Of a stretch of DNA of 64,000 nt, positions 18,601 to 27,715 are shown piece by piece (the stretch's first letter is position 1; the number at the start of each line of letters is the position of its first letter). The notes under the pieces are model-generated. The model searched no databases. It had not been told where the DNA came from and saw only the letters and a list, made by a program, of their open reading frames with translations. The position numbers and the translations under genes were made by a program. Source of the DNA: an uncultured Gammaproteobacteria bacterium (GTDB taxonomy: Bacteria; Patescibacteriota; Patescibacteriia; Magasanikbacterales; GWA2-37-8); NCBI GenBank assembly GCA_964634875.1, contig CAZWKA010000007.1, positions 1,649 through 65,648 of the forward strand, read 5' to 3'.

Positions 18601-20556
18601 GCTACAGGAGGTAGAGACTTTATTATTGAAGAAAGCACCGTTATTTACATATCCAACAGCACTATCAGGGCCAGCTGGATCCTGCCAGTTGCCTGCACTA
18701 TCTTGCGACAAGCTATACGTAGTACAGCCGACATTATCTTTTGTACAAACACTGGTGTCGAGGCTGCGGTAAACATAAGCCCGCTGCGCACCGCTGGCAT
18801 CTACGAATGAGCGGCAGGTACGGAATTGTGCATCACAGCTGTCCGCATTAAAGCGCCAGGTATTTTTCTCGCGCGCACAGTAACCGTAACTACTGCAACT
18901 ACCATCGCTATTATAAGCGACACAAGTTGACAGGTCAGCACAGTCTTCGAGACGGTCAGGAGCATCGGAACTGAGCAAGTTAGCGCTAAAACCGAGGGCG
19001 TTACAGCGGGCGGCAGGAGCCTTGATTACCCAATCTGGATCGATGAGGTGGCAGAAAGGTTTGGTAATAGGGTCATACGTAACACCGACGATCTTACCCT
19101 GCGGATCCTTAATATAATTACAATCATTAAAGCCTTTCACTACTTGGCCGAGCGTCCAAGGCTGGTCAGGATCGCTTTTAGCGGCTGCAAGCTCAAACCC
19201 AAGCGGAATGATTCGGGCTTGGCGAAGGACTTTCAGGTTTGAATAGCAATAGGCATTCAAATAACAATTCTTATCAGAATTATCTTCGGCACGGCTTGGC
19301 GGGATAAGCTTAAATTCACCATGCAGCCACCCCTTGTCAATTGCTTCCTGGATTGTCGTTGGATTACCGTTGCCAATTTCTTGTGCTGCCTGCACCAAAC
19401 CAGCGTCTGCGCGACAGTTGTAGAGGCCAGCCGCATCCGGACAGCTACTTAGCTGACCCAGGATGTCATATTCATTAACTGTATTAGTACGGACAGCTAA
19501 GAAACCACTGAAAAGCTGTTCAGCCTGACGGCGACCACTTGTAACGCCGCTATCGCTAAAGCTTGTGACCGCGCTGTTGATTGAGGCGCAACTTTCGCCA
19601 CCAACTCCACCAACACACAAACCAAATGGCAACACGCCTTTTTGTTGGAAATTTTTAAGTACTGTTCCAGCCAAAGTGCTGAGGAAGAAATTTGCCAGGG
19701 CACCTGGAAGATTTTTATAGTTGCCGGAATTAATAGCCGCGGTGATCTGGTCGCCACTCTTATCGACCTGGCGGGCATTTCCGGTAGCCTTAAACTCTTC
19801 TGCAATTAATGGGGCAGGAGTTTGGATATCACCAGAGATATTGGTTTTTTTATCAACAAAACCCTGGTTAGCGATACGTTCGGAATCTGCGGCACCAACT
19901 GCTCTCGCAGCTTGCTGGCTAATCTTAGAGGAAGCGGCAAGCTGTATACCAAGTCCAGTCTCATCGATCTGGAAGGCAGAATTAAACTGCTGCTCGATGG
20001 AACCGCCTACCGAACTGAACTTGCTTCTCCAGGCCTCTGCACTCCAATTTTTTTGAAAATCCGAAAAAGTACATGCTGGCTTGCGGGTAGGATCCCCCGT
20101 TCCACCACTCGGCAAATTAACACGGATACCGACCTTCATTGCTAAATCAAGCTGTGGATCAGGAATGCTACACAAGTTAAAACCAGCTCCTTTACTTAAT
20201 TCTTCGATACCATGCCCAAGCGCATCATTACCAACATTTTTGAGGTAATCACCAAAACTTTTGGTCTGAGCAAATGGATTTTGGCCCTTGCCTCCAGAGG
20301 CAAGCCAGACAGCCGAATCATAAGCAACTTTACGCAAGACATACGACACAACCGTACCAGCCGCCGCTTGGACAGCTACTTTAAGGCCTTCCAAAATTTC
20401 ATCTTTGACTTTAAAAGTCGTAGCCACCACGTCTGTTGTTACTACAACAGGGATAGTCGCTTTGGCCGTCCCAGGGAAACCAAATGACCCAACCACACTG
20501 ACAAAAGCAACCACCGCAAGAATACCGGCTAAACCTATTTTTTTAAATATAGACAT
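12619..20556 (-). CDS. Giant (2645 aa) secreted or cell-surface cysteine-rich protein, N-terminally anchored
   Basis: Single uninterrupted ORF. N-terminal signal/anchor MSIFKKIGLAGILAVVAFVSVVGSFGFPGTAKA. Over 150 Cys, Gly/Asn/Ser/Thr-rich, no cytoplasmic-type motifs. Co-oriented directly upstream of the T4SS-like genes. Confidence 0.7.
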   Translation of the reverse strand: MSIFKKIGLAGILAVVAFVSVVGSFGFPGTAKATIPVVVTTDVVATTFKVKDEILEGLKVAVQAAAGTVVSYVLRKVAYDSAVWLASGGKGQNPFAQTKSFGDYLKNVGNDALGHGIEELSKGAGFNLCSIPDPQLDLAMKVGIRVNLPSGGTGDPTRKPACTFSDFQKNWSAEAWRSKFSSVGGSIEQQFNSAFQIDETGLGIQLAASSKISQQAARAVGAADSERIANQGFVDKKTNISGDIQTPAPLIAEEFKATGNARQVDKSGDQITAAINSGNYKNLPGALANFFLSTLAGTVLKNFQQKGVLPFGLCVGGVGGESCASINSAVTSFSDSGVTSGRRQAEQLFSGFLAVRTNTVNEYDILGQLSSCPDAAGLYNCRADAGLVQAAQEIGNGNPTTIQEAIDKGWLHGEFKLIPPSRAEDNSDKNCYLNAYCYSNLKVLRQARIIPLGFELAAAKSDPDQPWTLGQVVKGFNDCNYIKDPQGKIVGVTYDPITKPFCHLIDPDWVIKAPAARCNALGFSANLLSSDAPDRLEDCADLSTCVAYNSDGSCSSYGYCAREKNTWRFNADSCDAQFRTCRSFVDASGAQRAYVYRSLDTSVCTKDNVGCTTYSLSQDSAGNWQDPAGPDSAVGYVNNGAFFNNKVSTSCSANSAGCSAFKIAGATNNQNSLYLKKAPDYLGCYDSDPSTRKIDWANTTADLARITPKAQCSNYAGACIADEVNCNWYTSAQGGSKIPGRFKAAEVVDKQIVWNDQCDAKCVGYASYREMPSNYSLGQDVAYIIPASGSSCSAQEESCSSFTNLSTTLGEVENVEHYSYLRPCATPDVNVQKNFITYEGSTVGGYQLKVFTLVKDETGGPKYFYRTESDADNYARQCSEALYKSGKADPDCRQFNDDEGNVYYRLLAKTIPVSNSCTPYRLNNSELLPTSYDQATCATKKGFWNNNQCQLCLQGGEYQNGSCFYYGLPDGVQNTAGTSKSCQASANTCRAYKGNAGNNIKEVFNDTFEGTTAPVLTPWKPAAVQLSSESTRVGEHSLGYLGAAALTRDINVVPSKSYDLTFWAKGDAQSLTVSLASTEGNYSKDFGAVGVGDTWNYYRLGPIEYGGAGTLGQLVFKNQGNAKLYLDNIRLVEVTDYIYLVKNSLKVDPVCDSNVNDNLPGEALGCMQYKDPSNKTFALTGFNYLCREGAIGCTALFDTQNTPADAGPKAFNVWLVGTGGTKVEIQLGNDTVSCQIPVGQSGCYVNISGHEASEIIQVAGAGSFVKSTVYVPADTPATTPVYLVANQAASCNVADLGCTFAGVQKSTPTGLQYTTALVKNDPAAYETTLCQKEAVGCSAFGSATGDSYFKDPLVTGQKICTYQADVNVKGVKSSGWFWKGVGICSNNSGKFCSANADCGTGATCQGVGAQPCYADYVQQGNNYGLWSYGDGAKYQNFVGECPAAQDKCTQFVDHNDNDRSYYYIKNEKIDGAECNGTVSQKKGCALFDEPDNPNKYWSSKATYAASQESQDALVKPVDGSTANPADANIIIKVDHDRTCGEWLQCRSSHRVWDDKTGKWKIVCDDIGRCDRAPENQAESNITNCASWVEGGGEYSGQVLTPELYTQRDTSWAGMDFTGWSIPGIFPVEELAQVNISGQSANPLFRLVRRIPCGNTNCVDAAAPNDASCKENDKVCGQGGIGICLNGLCLQNPDGTIGEVVKKSPAEACRLYPEKDSPFPNTTVIGKAISQFSNAKFCSETNGFTSDPSVSGACDCNYTKVTYGDGALTKYWNYQKPNTLDAAAVPGSNLKVPQGICQGGFKEGSACSDDEGCQMTGKTPGTCQKQRRNEQLLGWKGFCLEPDSSRNVNAAQGVFPCLSWFPVDSIIGSNDINEQHPDAGYQSPADLGLASGREYCLDANNAGGDKMDPAMPYPASRYFYGQDLLFGTYEFYDNKKIQQSDMYGQSGTSCDWNSPFRNAATFVGSTNRDFYQATADERKLRKSDIEKIIIHTQDIRDSEDPNGAIFEIWPNAATPLDQPQTVYQTKDHMQGPGRALTGHYMGKPNEFIYMYGSKKRDGTHGEFVSQEGNICMGDDGSFSAECANTGPKGDCGMLNGNIFVPSGITNRGTNLGELGFWNPSVTNATIADTHAGEGNWHAILFTFDNDGTFLGYRTLYHGSYDAGDDHFIKYKVSFKLRQICTRIAEVDTVGSSDDRSIPWTNRLWKQSLYSISSSYNGDFGFAGLGYMYTTPIAPFGSLGIASMNQNQPLIMTPFEPKESETTCFPSFGLENCKYPLSIVKGNAAVPTYVPGSPYACLGGPKSSCLQVLADGTVKNATKVGASSADSNNSFGSLFARVNTLYTFNSSNVFAVTKGAFNDKTATGDWQKKPRPPVVFPVGACNAEGHCLEDQTKPGMTIDNEPQGRDIIRRTPSAKVDLQFFVAADADQMPIREVNVFWGDGKSTLPGQQAGRNYRGYQQPTCETVGAEKHCVVKDLQDISCTTNADCTGGPNGKPGATCLLPNDPQTPVGKCVVPRDLKTVCRVNSDCVIEPVCAPEASAQSFGRIIDKTCVANYRLFDHVYFCSRDSVGFKEAAQCPANFPNGCCEFVPKVQVVDNWGWCNGNCAGRASGCYNDPRSNGVKECSAAVDDFAFTPFANKIIIAAPAE

Positions 20557-20579
20557 ACCTGGCCTAGAGTCAAGTGAAA

Positions 20580-21215
20580 TTAAGGTTGTGTGCTGGTTGA
20601 ACTCGCTTCAAGAGCTGCAAAGGCATCGAGCGTGCTTGACGAACTCATTGCCTCCGCTACTGTGGCGAGCAAGTCTTTGTCGGAAATTTTTTTCAAGTCT
20701 TCTTCATTGACGCCCGCCTGGATTAACATGGCACGGATTTGAGCGGGATCCTGCAGGGCAGCAGCAAAAGCAGCGGGTGTCAGACCATCAGGCTGTTCGG
20801 GCTCAGTAGGGATCGTAGAAGAAACAACACCCGATGAAGAAACGGTGGTTGCATCATTACATTGCCCTTTGGGGCAAAGCGCTAATCCTTTGGCCACAAC
20901 CTCTTTATCACTTAAGCCATAGCTAAAAGTGTCATACAAATACGGACTCGTGCTATACACATAGAGCTCGTCAAAATCGTTAAGTTCATCGTGATCCGTA
21001 TCGCGGTACCGTAACGCATCGGGAGTATTAACATCGTTTTTTAATGTCGTTGGTACTGTGCTTGTGAGAGCAAAAGGTGCGTAGAGCGTGTTGCGGATCT
21101 GTAAGAAACCTAAACCAACAGCAAGAACAGCAAAAACAAGCAGGAGGGAAAACCCAATTCTCTGCTCGCGAGTAAAGCTTCCGGTACGACTAAAATTCTC
21201 TGGCGCTTCCACCAT
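20580..21215 (-). CDS. Hypothetical membrane-anchored protein (N-terminal TM helix) upstream of the giant protein gene
   Basis: TM segment IGFSLLLVFAVLAVGLGFL. Its stop lies 24 nt upstream of the giant ORF start. Confidence 0.45.
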   Translation of the reverse strand: MVEAPENFSRTGSFTREQRIGFSLLLVFAVLAVGLGFLQIRNTLYAPFALTSTVPTTLKNDVNTPDALRYRDTDHDELNDFDELYVYSTSPYLYDTFSYGLSDKEVVAKGLALCPKGQCNDATTVSSSGVVSSTIPTEPEQPDGLTPAAFAAALQDPAQIRAMLIQAGVNEEDLKKISDKDLLATVAEAMSSSSTLDAFAALEASSTSTQP

Positions 21216-21294
21216 ACAACGCCCACGAAGTTAAAATGAATGTGCGGTGACTATAGCACATTTTTAAGAAAGAAGTAAGTGGATAACAACGCAC

Positions 21295-22119
21295 TTAGAC
21301 CGACTCATACTGCTTGGCTAGCTCAACCCATGCAGCAAGAGGCACTTCTTGAGCTCGGGCGTTGCGCGTTAGTCCAAGCTTATCAAAAATAGCCTGGAGC
21401 GTGCCCGCAGGTTTTTCTTTAAAGAGCGGCGTTAGGTTCTTGAACAAAAGTTTGCGACGGCTGGCAAAACCAGCTTTAACAATCTTAAATACAACCGCTT
21501 CAAAAATTTCGTCCCGCTCCCGCTTAAATGGAGTTATCTTAATAAGGGCGGAATCGACCCCGGGCACTGGCCAAAACGAAGCCCGCGGAACTTTGAGGAG
21601 GTATTCAGCTTCCGCATAATACTGCACGGACACCGCCAAGAGCGACATGTCACCGGGCTTTGCACAAATACGCTCAGCAACTTCGTGCTGAACCATAAAT
21701 ACCATGCTTTCCGGCGCCTGCTTGGCTTCCAGGAACATCCGAATAACCGGCGACGTGATTTGGTAAGGTAAATTGGCAATCACCTTGTACTTTGATGGTG
21801 GCACAAATTGATGCAGGGCATTCCCCCAGACTATTTCAATATTTGGATGTTGTTTTTGCTGTTTTTTCCAATACGGTTCCAACTTTTTTTCAATTTCGTA
21901 GGTGACAACCTTGCCAACTTTTTCTGCAAGCGGCAAGGTGAGGACGCCAAATCCTGGACCAATTTCAACAATTGTATCCCCTGCCCCCAAATCCTCGGCA
22001 AGCATGCGCTCAATGGGCGCGGGATCGATTAAATAATTCTGGCCATAGCGGCGAGAAGGCGTCAGGCCATAGCTCCGGCATAGGCGTTCGAGTTCTTCAG
22101 GAGAAAGAAAATGAGGCAT
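21295..22119 (-). CDS. rsmA: 16S rRNA (adenine1518/1519-N6)-dimethyltransferase
   Basis: YGQNYLIDP, SAM-binding VEIGPGFGVLT, and NLPYQITSP motifs. Confidence 0.9.
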   Translation of the reverse strand: MPHFLSPEELERLCRSYGLTPSRRYGQNYLIDPAPIERMLAEDLGAGDTIVEIGPGFGVLTLPLAEKVGKVVTYEIEKKLEPYWKKQQKQHPNIEIVWGNALHQFVPPSKYKVIANLPYQITSPVIRMFLEAKQAPESMVFMVQHEVAERICAKPGDMSLLAVSVQYYAEAEYLLKVPRASFWPVPGVDSALIKITPFKRERDEIFEAVVFKIVKAGFASRRKLLFKNLTPLFKEKPAGTLQAIFDKLGLTRNARAQEVPLAAWVELAKQYESV

Positions 22120-22120
22120 A

Positions 22121-22729
22121 TCATTCGATATGTAAACTACCCTGCCTTAAAATTTCCATTTTTCCGCCAATCACACTCACAATTGTTGTCGGTAATTCAT
22201 GCGGCAAAAGGCCAGCATCAACGAGCGCATCAGGTTGACTGTTTTTTCCAGCAAACATCATTTCGATTTCTCGCGGGTCATACAACTCACCTGCTCCGGA
22301 AAGATTGGCGGAGGTAGCAACAACCGGGCGACCGAACCGGGTAGTAAGTTCTTGCAGGAAAGGAAAACGAGTAACACGAATTGCTACCGTGCTGCCTGGT
22401 GACACCACTCCTCGGGCAAGCGGCGGGACGTTAGGATCAATTTTGTATTCACCGACAATCGTAAGGCTCCCTGGCCAAAATCGAGTCGCCAATGTTTCTA
22501 CGGCATCGTTCCACAATATGTATTCACGCGCTTTTTCTACCGTTGGCACCACCACCAATAAAGGTTTGTCACTGGGGCGTCCTTTAATTCCAAAAATAGC
22601 ATCAACCGCTTCTTGATTCGTCGCATCGCACCCGAGGCCGTAGGTGGTTTCGGTTGGAAAAACTAAAGTCTTACCTTGATGGAGGTAATCGAGAATTTCA
22701 AAATATTGTTTTGACAGAAAGACTCTCAT
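22121..22729 (-). CDS. tsaC: L-threonylcarbamoyladenylate synthase (TsaC/YrdC/Sua5 family)
   Basis: VFPTETTYGLGCDATN...KGRPSDKPL motif cluster. Confidence 0.85.
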   Translation of the reverse strand: MRVFLSKQYFEILDYLHQGKTLVFPTETTYGLGCDATNQEAVDAIFGIKGRPSDKPLLVVVPTVEKAREYILWNDAVETLATRFWPGSLTIVGEYKIDPNVPPLARGVVSPGSTVAIRVTRFPFLQELTTRFGRPVVATSANLSGAGELYDPREIEMMFAGKNSQPDALVDAGLLPHELPTTIVSVIGGKMEILRQGSLHIE

Positions 22730-22815
22730 AAAATAAAAGCTAAAAACGAAAAGTTTAAAATAGCTGTGTCGCCGTGGCGAATCGATTATTTTAGTTTTTC
22801 GTTTTGCGTTTTACA
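22730..22815 (-). repeat. Copy 1 of a roughly 85-nt palindromic intra-operon element
   Basis: aaagctaaaaacgaaaagtttaaaatagctgtgtcgccgtggcgaatcgattattttagtttttcgttttgcg. Related copies lie at 26137, 35450 and 46656. Confidence 0.6.
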
Positions 22816-23886
22816 CTACTGCTTAAGCCACCTCAAATACGCTTCCGACAGTGGCAATAACTCCCCTTCAAGCACGCTCTCGGGATCGGTTGACTCAAAG
22901 TCGGTGCGATGGTCTTTGACCAGATGATAGGGATGCAAGACATATGACCGAATCTGGTTGCCCCACTCCGCGGATTTATATTCGCCGCGCAGGTCTTGGC
23001 GCTCTTTGGCCAGACGCTCTTGTTCCAACCGATACAGTTTAGCCTTCAAAATTTTCATGGCCGTTTCTTTATTCTGCAATTGCGAGCGCTCGTTTTGGCA
23101 GGAAACACTAATGCCTGTCGGGATATGGACGATACGGACAGCGGAATAGGTTGTATTGACGCTTTGGCCACCCTTACCACCCGACATGAACGTATCAATG
23201 CGTAAATCTTTTGGCTCAATAGCGATACTTATTTCTTCATCAATTTCCGGTAATACTTCGATAAGCGCAAACGAAGTGTGGCGCATTTTTTCGGCATCAA
23301 AAGGTGAGATACGCACCAGACGGTGGACACCGTGTTCGCCCTTGAGGTACCCAAAAGCGTACCGACCGGTTACTTCAAAGGTAATTGATTTGTAACCAGC
23401 TTCAGCTCCGCGTGATTCGTCAATAATACGCGTCTTATATCCTTGTTTTTCACAAAAACGAAACACCATCCGTAGCAGCATCTCTGCCCAGTCCTGCGCC
23501 TCAGTCCCGCCACTGCCCGCATGAATGGAGACAATCGCATTCTTACTATCGTAGGGGCCGTTCAGCAATAAATAAAACTCATAATCACCGTACTCTTTTT
23601 CGAGTTTGGCAAATTCGGTTTCAATCTCGATTTCGAGCGACTTGTCTCCAGATTTTGAAAGCTCGATCAGATCAGTAACTCTTTTTTCAAGATCGGCCCA
23701 CTTTTCTACTTCGTTTTTTATATCTTGGTAGTCCTGGCTAACGGCCTGGGCATTTTCCGGGGTTTGCCAAAAATCAGGCGCATTCATTTGCTCGCCAAGC
23801 TGTTCCATTTTACCCTTCAAATCAGCAATTTTAAGCAGAGCCATGGTTTCCTGAATTTTCTCAAGCAATTGCTTCAATTTTTCCAT
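22816..23886 (-). CDS. prfB: Peptide chain release factor 2 (no programmed frameshift apparent)
   Basis: SPF motif in RISPFD, GGQ motif, and RF2-type N-terminus in a single frame. Confidence 0.9.
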   Translation of the reverse strand: MEKLKQLLEKIQETMALLKIADLKGKMEQLGEQMNAPDFWQTPENAQAVSQDYQDIKNEVEKWADLEKRVTDLIELSKSGDKSLEIEIETEFAKLEKEYGDYEFYLLLNGPYDSKNAIVSIHAGSGGTEAQDWAEMLLRMVFRFCEKQGYKTRIIDESRGAEAGYKSITFEVTGRYAFGYLKGEHGVHRLVRISPFDAEKMRHTSFALIEVLPEIDEEISIAIEPKDLRIDTFMSGGKGGQSVNTTYSAVRIVHIPTGISVSCQNERSQLQNKETAMKILKAKLYRLEQERLAKERQDLRGEYKSAEWGNQIRSYVLHPYHLVKDHRTDFESTDPESVLEGELLPLSEAYLRWLKQ

Positions 23887-23928
23887 AAGAAGTTTAAATC
23901 GTTCCCATTCTAGCTTACTTTAGCCCCT

Positions 23929-23957
23929 TTGACAATTGAGGTATTTTAAACTATGTT
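23929..23957 (+). promoter_or_regulatory. Sigma70-like promoter TTGACA-N17-TATGTT
   Basis: TTGACA at 23929, TATGTT at 23952. Drives the small two-gene cassette. Confidence 0.4.
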
Positions 23958-23975
23958 CACTATACGGAGGTTGCC

Positions 23976-24098
23976 ATGAAATACCAACTGCCGCGTAGTA
24001 TCAGGCTGTTACCAGGGTATATTCTTTTTAGCTTGCTCTACGCAGGAGCAATTGTCATCGTCCTTCTCTTTGATCACCGGAAAAGGAGATCTTCATGA
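23976..24098 (+). CDS. 40-aa hydrophobic peptide (MKYQLPRSIRLLPGYILFSLLYAGAIVIVLLFDHRKRRSS), translationally coupled to the next ORF
   Basis: GGAGG 6 nt upstream of the ATG. The stop TGA overlaps the downstream ATG as ATGA. Confidence 0.4.
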   Translation: MKYQLPRSIRLLPGYILFSLLYAGAIVIVLLFDHRKRRSS

Positions 24099-24406
24099 GA
24101 ATCCACCTTGTAACCATCTGGCAAGAAGCAAGCCAGCAGCTCAGTAACCACGCCCCAAACCTGGCTCGGATAGCTGGTGGGGGCGTTATCTACGTGTTCA
24201 AGACGAGTATTAACCCTATCCTTCGCCTGGTCTTCCCAGAGTGCCGCATTGACCAGCATAAATACTCGGTTGATCACGACTTCCCCCGCACCACCCGACT
24301 CGTAAAGGGGGTCGGGAGGACCCTGGCCAGCGCTAGCGACCTTGTCACCAGACTCGCTACTCAGGCAGAGCGCATCTGTCGCCCGCTGCACCAGCGTCGG
24401 ACATGA
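24095..24406 (+). CDS. Hypothetical 103-aa protein. GC-rich foreign cassette.
   Basis: AAAGGAG 6 nt upstream. Ends 20 nt before a hairpin terminator. The antisense 126-aa ORF 24074..24454 is judged an artefact. Confidence 0.5.
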   Translation: MRIHLVTIWQEASQQLSNHAPNLARIAGGGVIYVFKTSINPILRLVFPECRIDQHKYSVDHDFPRTTRLVKGVGRTLASASDLVTRLATQAERICRPLHQRRT

Positions 24407-24426
24407 CCAATGTTCCACAACCAAAA

Positions 24427-24459
24427 GGACGCCCCAACCGGGAGCGTCCTTCACTTTTT
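24427..24459. terminator. Rho-independent terminator (ggacgc-N11-gcgtcc followed by ttcacttttt)
   Basis: Stem and T-run seen directly. Also positioned to end groEL on the minus strand. Confidence 0.5.
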
Positions 24460-24495
24460 CGCTTATATACTTGACAAATTAATTAAAACTGATTT

Positions 24496-26229
<1,734 letters not shown>

Positions 26230-26523
26230 TTATTCAATCACCGCTAAAATTTTGTCATGCATCACGACGCGGTATTCTTCTTCATTTTTACCTTTACCAA
26301 ACTTTACTTCCTCGACGCCCTCACCCCATTTTGGGGTCAAAACTTTGTCGCCGACTTTAAGACCGAGCTTTAAAAGATCTTCGCCGTTGCCCACAGCTTC
26401 GATAGTACCATAGGCCTTTTTATCCTTATCAACTGTTTCTGGAAGAACCAGTCCGAATGTTGTTGTTTCTTCCTCTTGCTGCATTTTAACCAATACGCGA
26501 TTACCCAAGGGACGGATATTCAT
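26230..26523 (-). CDS. groS: Co-chaperonin GroES (Cpn10)
   Basis: MNIRPLGNRVLVK...GLVLPE, and the mobile loop. Confidence 0.9.
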   Translation of the reverse strand: MNIRPLGNRVLVKMQQEEETTTFGLVLPETVDKDKKAYGTIEAVGNGEDLLKLGLKVGDKVLTPKWGEGVEEVKFGKGKNEEEYRVVMHDKILAVIE

Positions 26524-26558
26524 AGTTTAAAAATTAAATAAATAAATGGTCTTACTAT

Positions 26559-26585
26559 TTATCACTCTTAAGTATCGAGTGCTAA
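26559..26585 (-). promoter_or_regulatory. CIRCE operator (HrcA box) upstream of groES
   Basis: The minus strand reads TTAGCACTC-gatacttaa-GAGTGATAA. One mismatch to the consensus TTAGCACTC-N9-GAGTGCTAA. Confidence 0.8.
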
Positions 26586-26596
26586 ATACCCTCCCC

Positions 26597-26624
26597 ATTC
26601 TACCCTATTTCGAAATGCTGTCAA
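26597..26624 (-). promoter_or_regulatory. groES sigma70-type promoter (TTGACA-N16-TAGAAT on the minus strand)
   Basis: -35 at 26619-26624 and -10 at 26597-26602, both read on the minus strand. Confidence 0.6.
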
Positions 26625-26648
26625 GTGGAAAATCCTTTTCTAAAAACC

Positions 26649-26676
26649 TTGACAACAAAGCGAATTTTGGTATACT
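26649..26676 (+). promoter_or_regulatory. Consensus-like promoter TTGACA-N16-TATACT driving the divergent GC-rich lipoprotein gene
   Basis: TTGACA at 26649, TATACT at 26671. The motif ggTATACTtgg is shared with 51876-51885. Confidence 0.5.
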
Positions 26677-26712
26677 TGGCCCCTGCCAAACTGGCAGAAG
26701 GAGCACCTGACC

Positions 26713-27159
26713 ATGCACCTGTCGCCACGTATTTTGAGTTCAGTCGTGACCTGCCTCTTGGGCTGTGTGGCTAGTCCACAGACCACTGGGCTCAAACCTG
26801 CTGCTGAGCTTCGGGGTGAGACCCAGCCTACCCAGACGCGCAAGACCGAAGCAGAGGCCACGGACGAGCCGGCTGCCGACACCGTCATCTGTGTACCGGA
26901 TGTTGCCGAAGATCTGGGCCGGAGCTACTTCATAGTGAAAGAGCGAACCGATGGAACAGTTTTTGTCGGCAGTTGCAGGAACCTGGACGTGATCTACGAT
27001 CTAAAGTGCGCGGATGGCCAGACGCCGAGCGCGATCAGGATAGAGCCCCCGCCAACGGACAGCAAGCGCTTCACCGAGGACAGTGGCACCAGGATCCTCC
27101 ACAGCTACTCCGACGTCAAGGAGCAGGTGACCCTCGCCTTGACCTGCCGTACACCCTAG
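26713..27159 (+). CDS. Small lipoprotein, hypothetical. GC-rich foreign cassette.
   Basis: AAGGAG 8 nt upstream. Signal peptide ILSSVVTCLLGCVASP (lipobox LLGC). A hairpin terminator follows at about 27200-27260. Confidence 0.6.
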   Translation: MHLSPRILSSVVTCLLGCVASPQTTGLKPAAELRGETQPTQTRKTEAEATDEPAADTVICVPDVAEDLGRSYFIVKERTDGTVFVGSCRNLDVIYDLKCADGQTPSAIRIEPPPTDSKRFTEDSGTRILHSYSDVKEQVTLALTCRTP

Positions 27160-27345
27160 TCGTCCAGCTATGCCTGGCAAAGCCCGCTCTTTCTGTTGAC
27201 AGCCCCGCTGTCGACAACTCAAAAATACTCCCAACACTGTTGAGAGTATTTTTATTTCGCTAAAAATCAGCTTTGACCATTGACGACACCGCGTTTACGT
27301 GCTTCACTGTCTCTGCCGTAAAAGCGGCCACAACACTCCGTGGAG

Positions 27346-27705
27346 GGAATGATGCGACAAACTTTGCTCCGCCTTCTTGGATATGCCTTTGGCATTGCCT
27401 TGGTTGTGTTACCCGGGAATACCTCAGCGAAGGGATCCGGGAATTGTTACTTGGGCAAAAACAGCGGTATCCCCTTCTTCAAGGTCAAATATTTAGGAGA
27501 TGGGCATTACCAACTCTGGTGCAGCGAGCAGCTCGTTGATGAGGTCTGGTACAATAGCAATTTTTACTGGGCGAGGATAACCTCTACTCCACCGTTTGAC
27601 ACCGTGGAGGAACGCGGCACAACCACCATTTATCACTTCACCCAACGACTGTCTGTCGACCAGGCCGACGTCTCGATCATGCCCGAACAAAAGGACAGTA
27701 GGTAG
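27346..27705 (+). CDS. Small secreted protein, hypothetical. GC-rich foreign cassette.
   Basis: GGAGGG lies immediately upstream of the tandem ATG ATG. Signal peptide MMRQTLLRLLGYAFGIALVVLPGNTSAKG. Confidence 0.55.
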   Translation, partial: GMMRQTLLRLLGYAFGIALVVLPGNTSAKGSGNCYLGKNSGIPFFKVKYLGDGHYQLWCSEQLVDEVWYNSNFYWARITSTPPFDTVEERGTTTIYHFTQRLSVDQADVSIMPEQKDSR

Positions 27706-27715
27706 GAGTAGCCGC

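Noticed and set aside
24074-24454. 126-aa minus-strand ORF (MKDAPGWGVLLVVEHW...)
   Set aside because: The opposite plus-strand ORF 24095..24406 has a canonical SD, upstream coupling to a small ORF, and a downstream terminator. The minus ORF has none of these, though it cannot be fully excluded.
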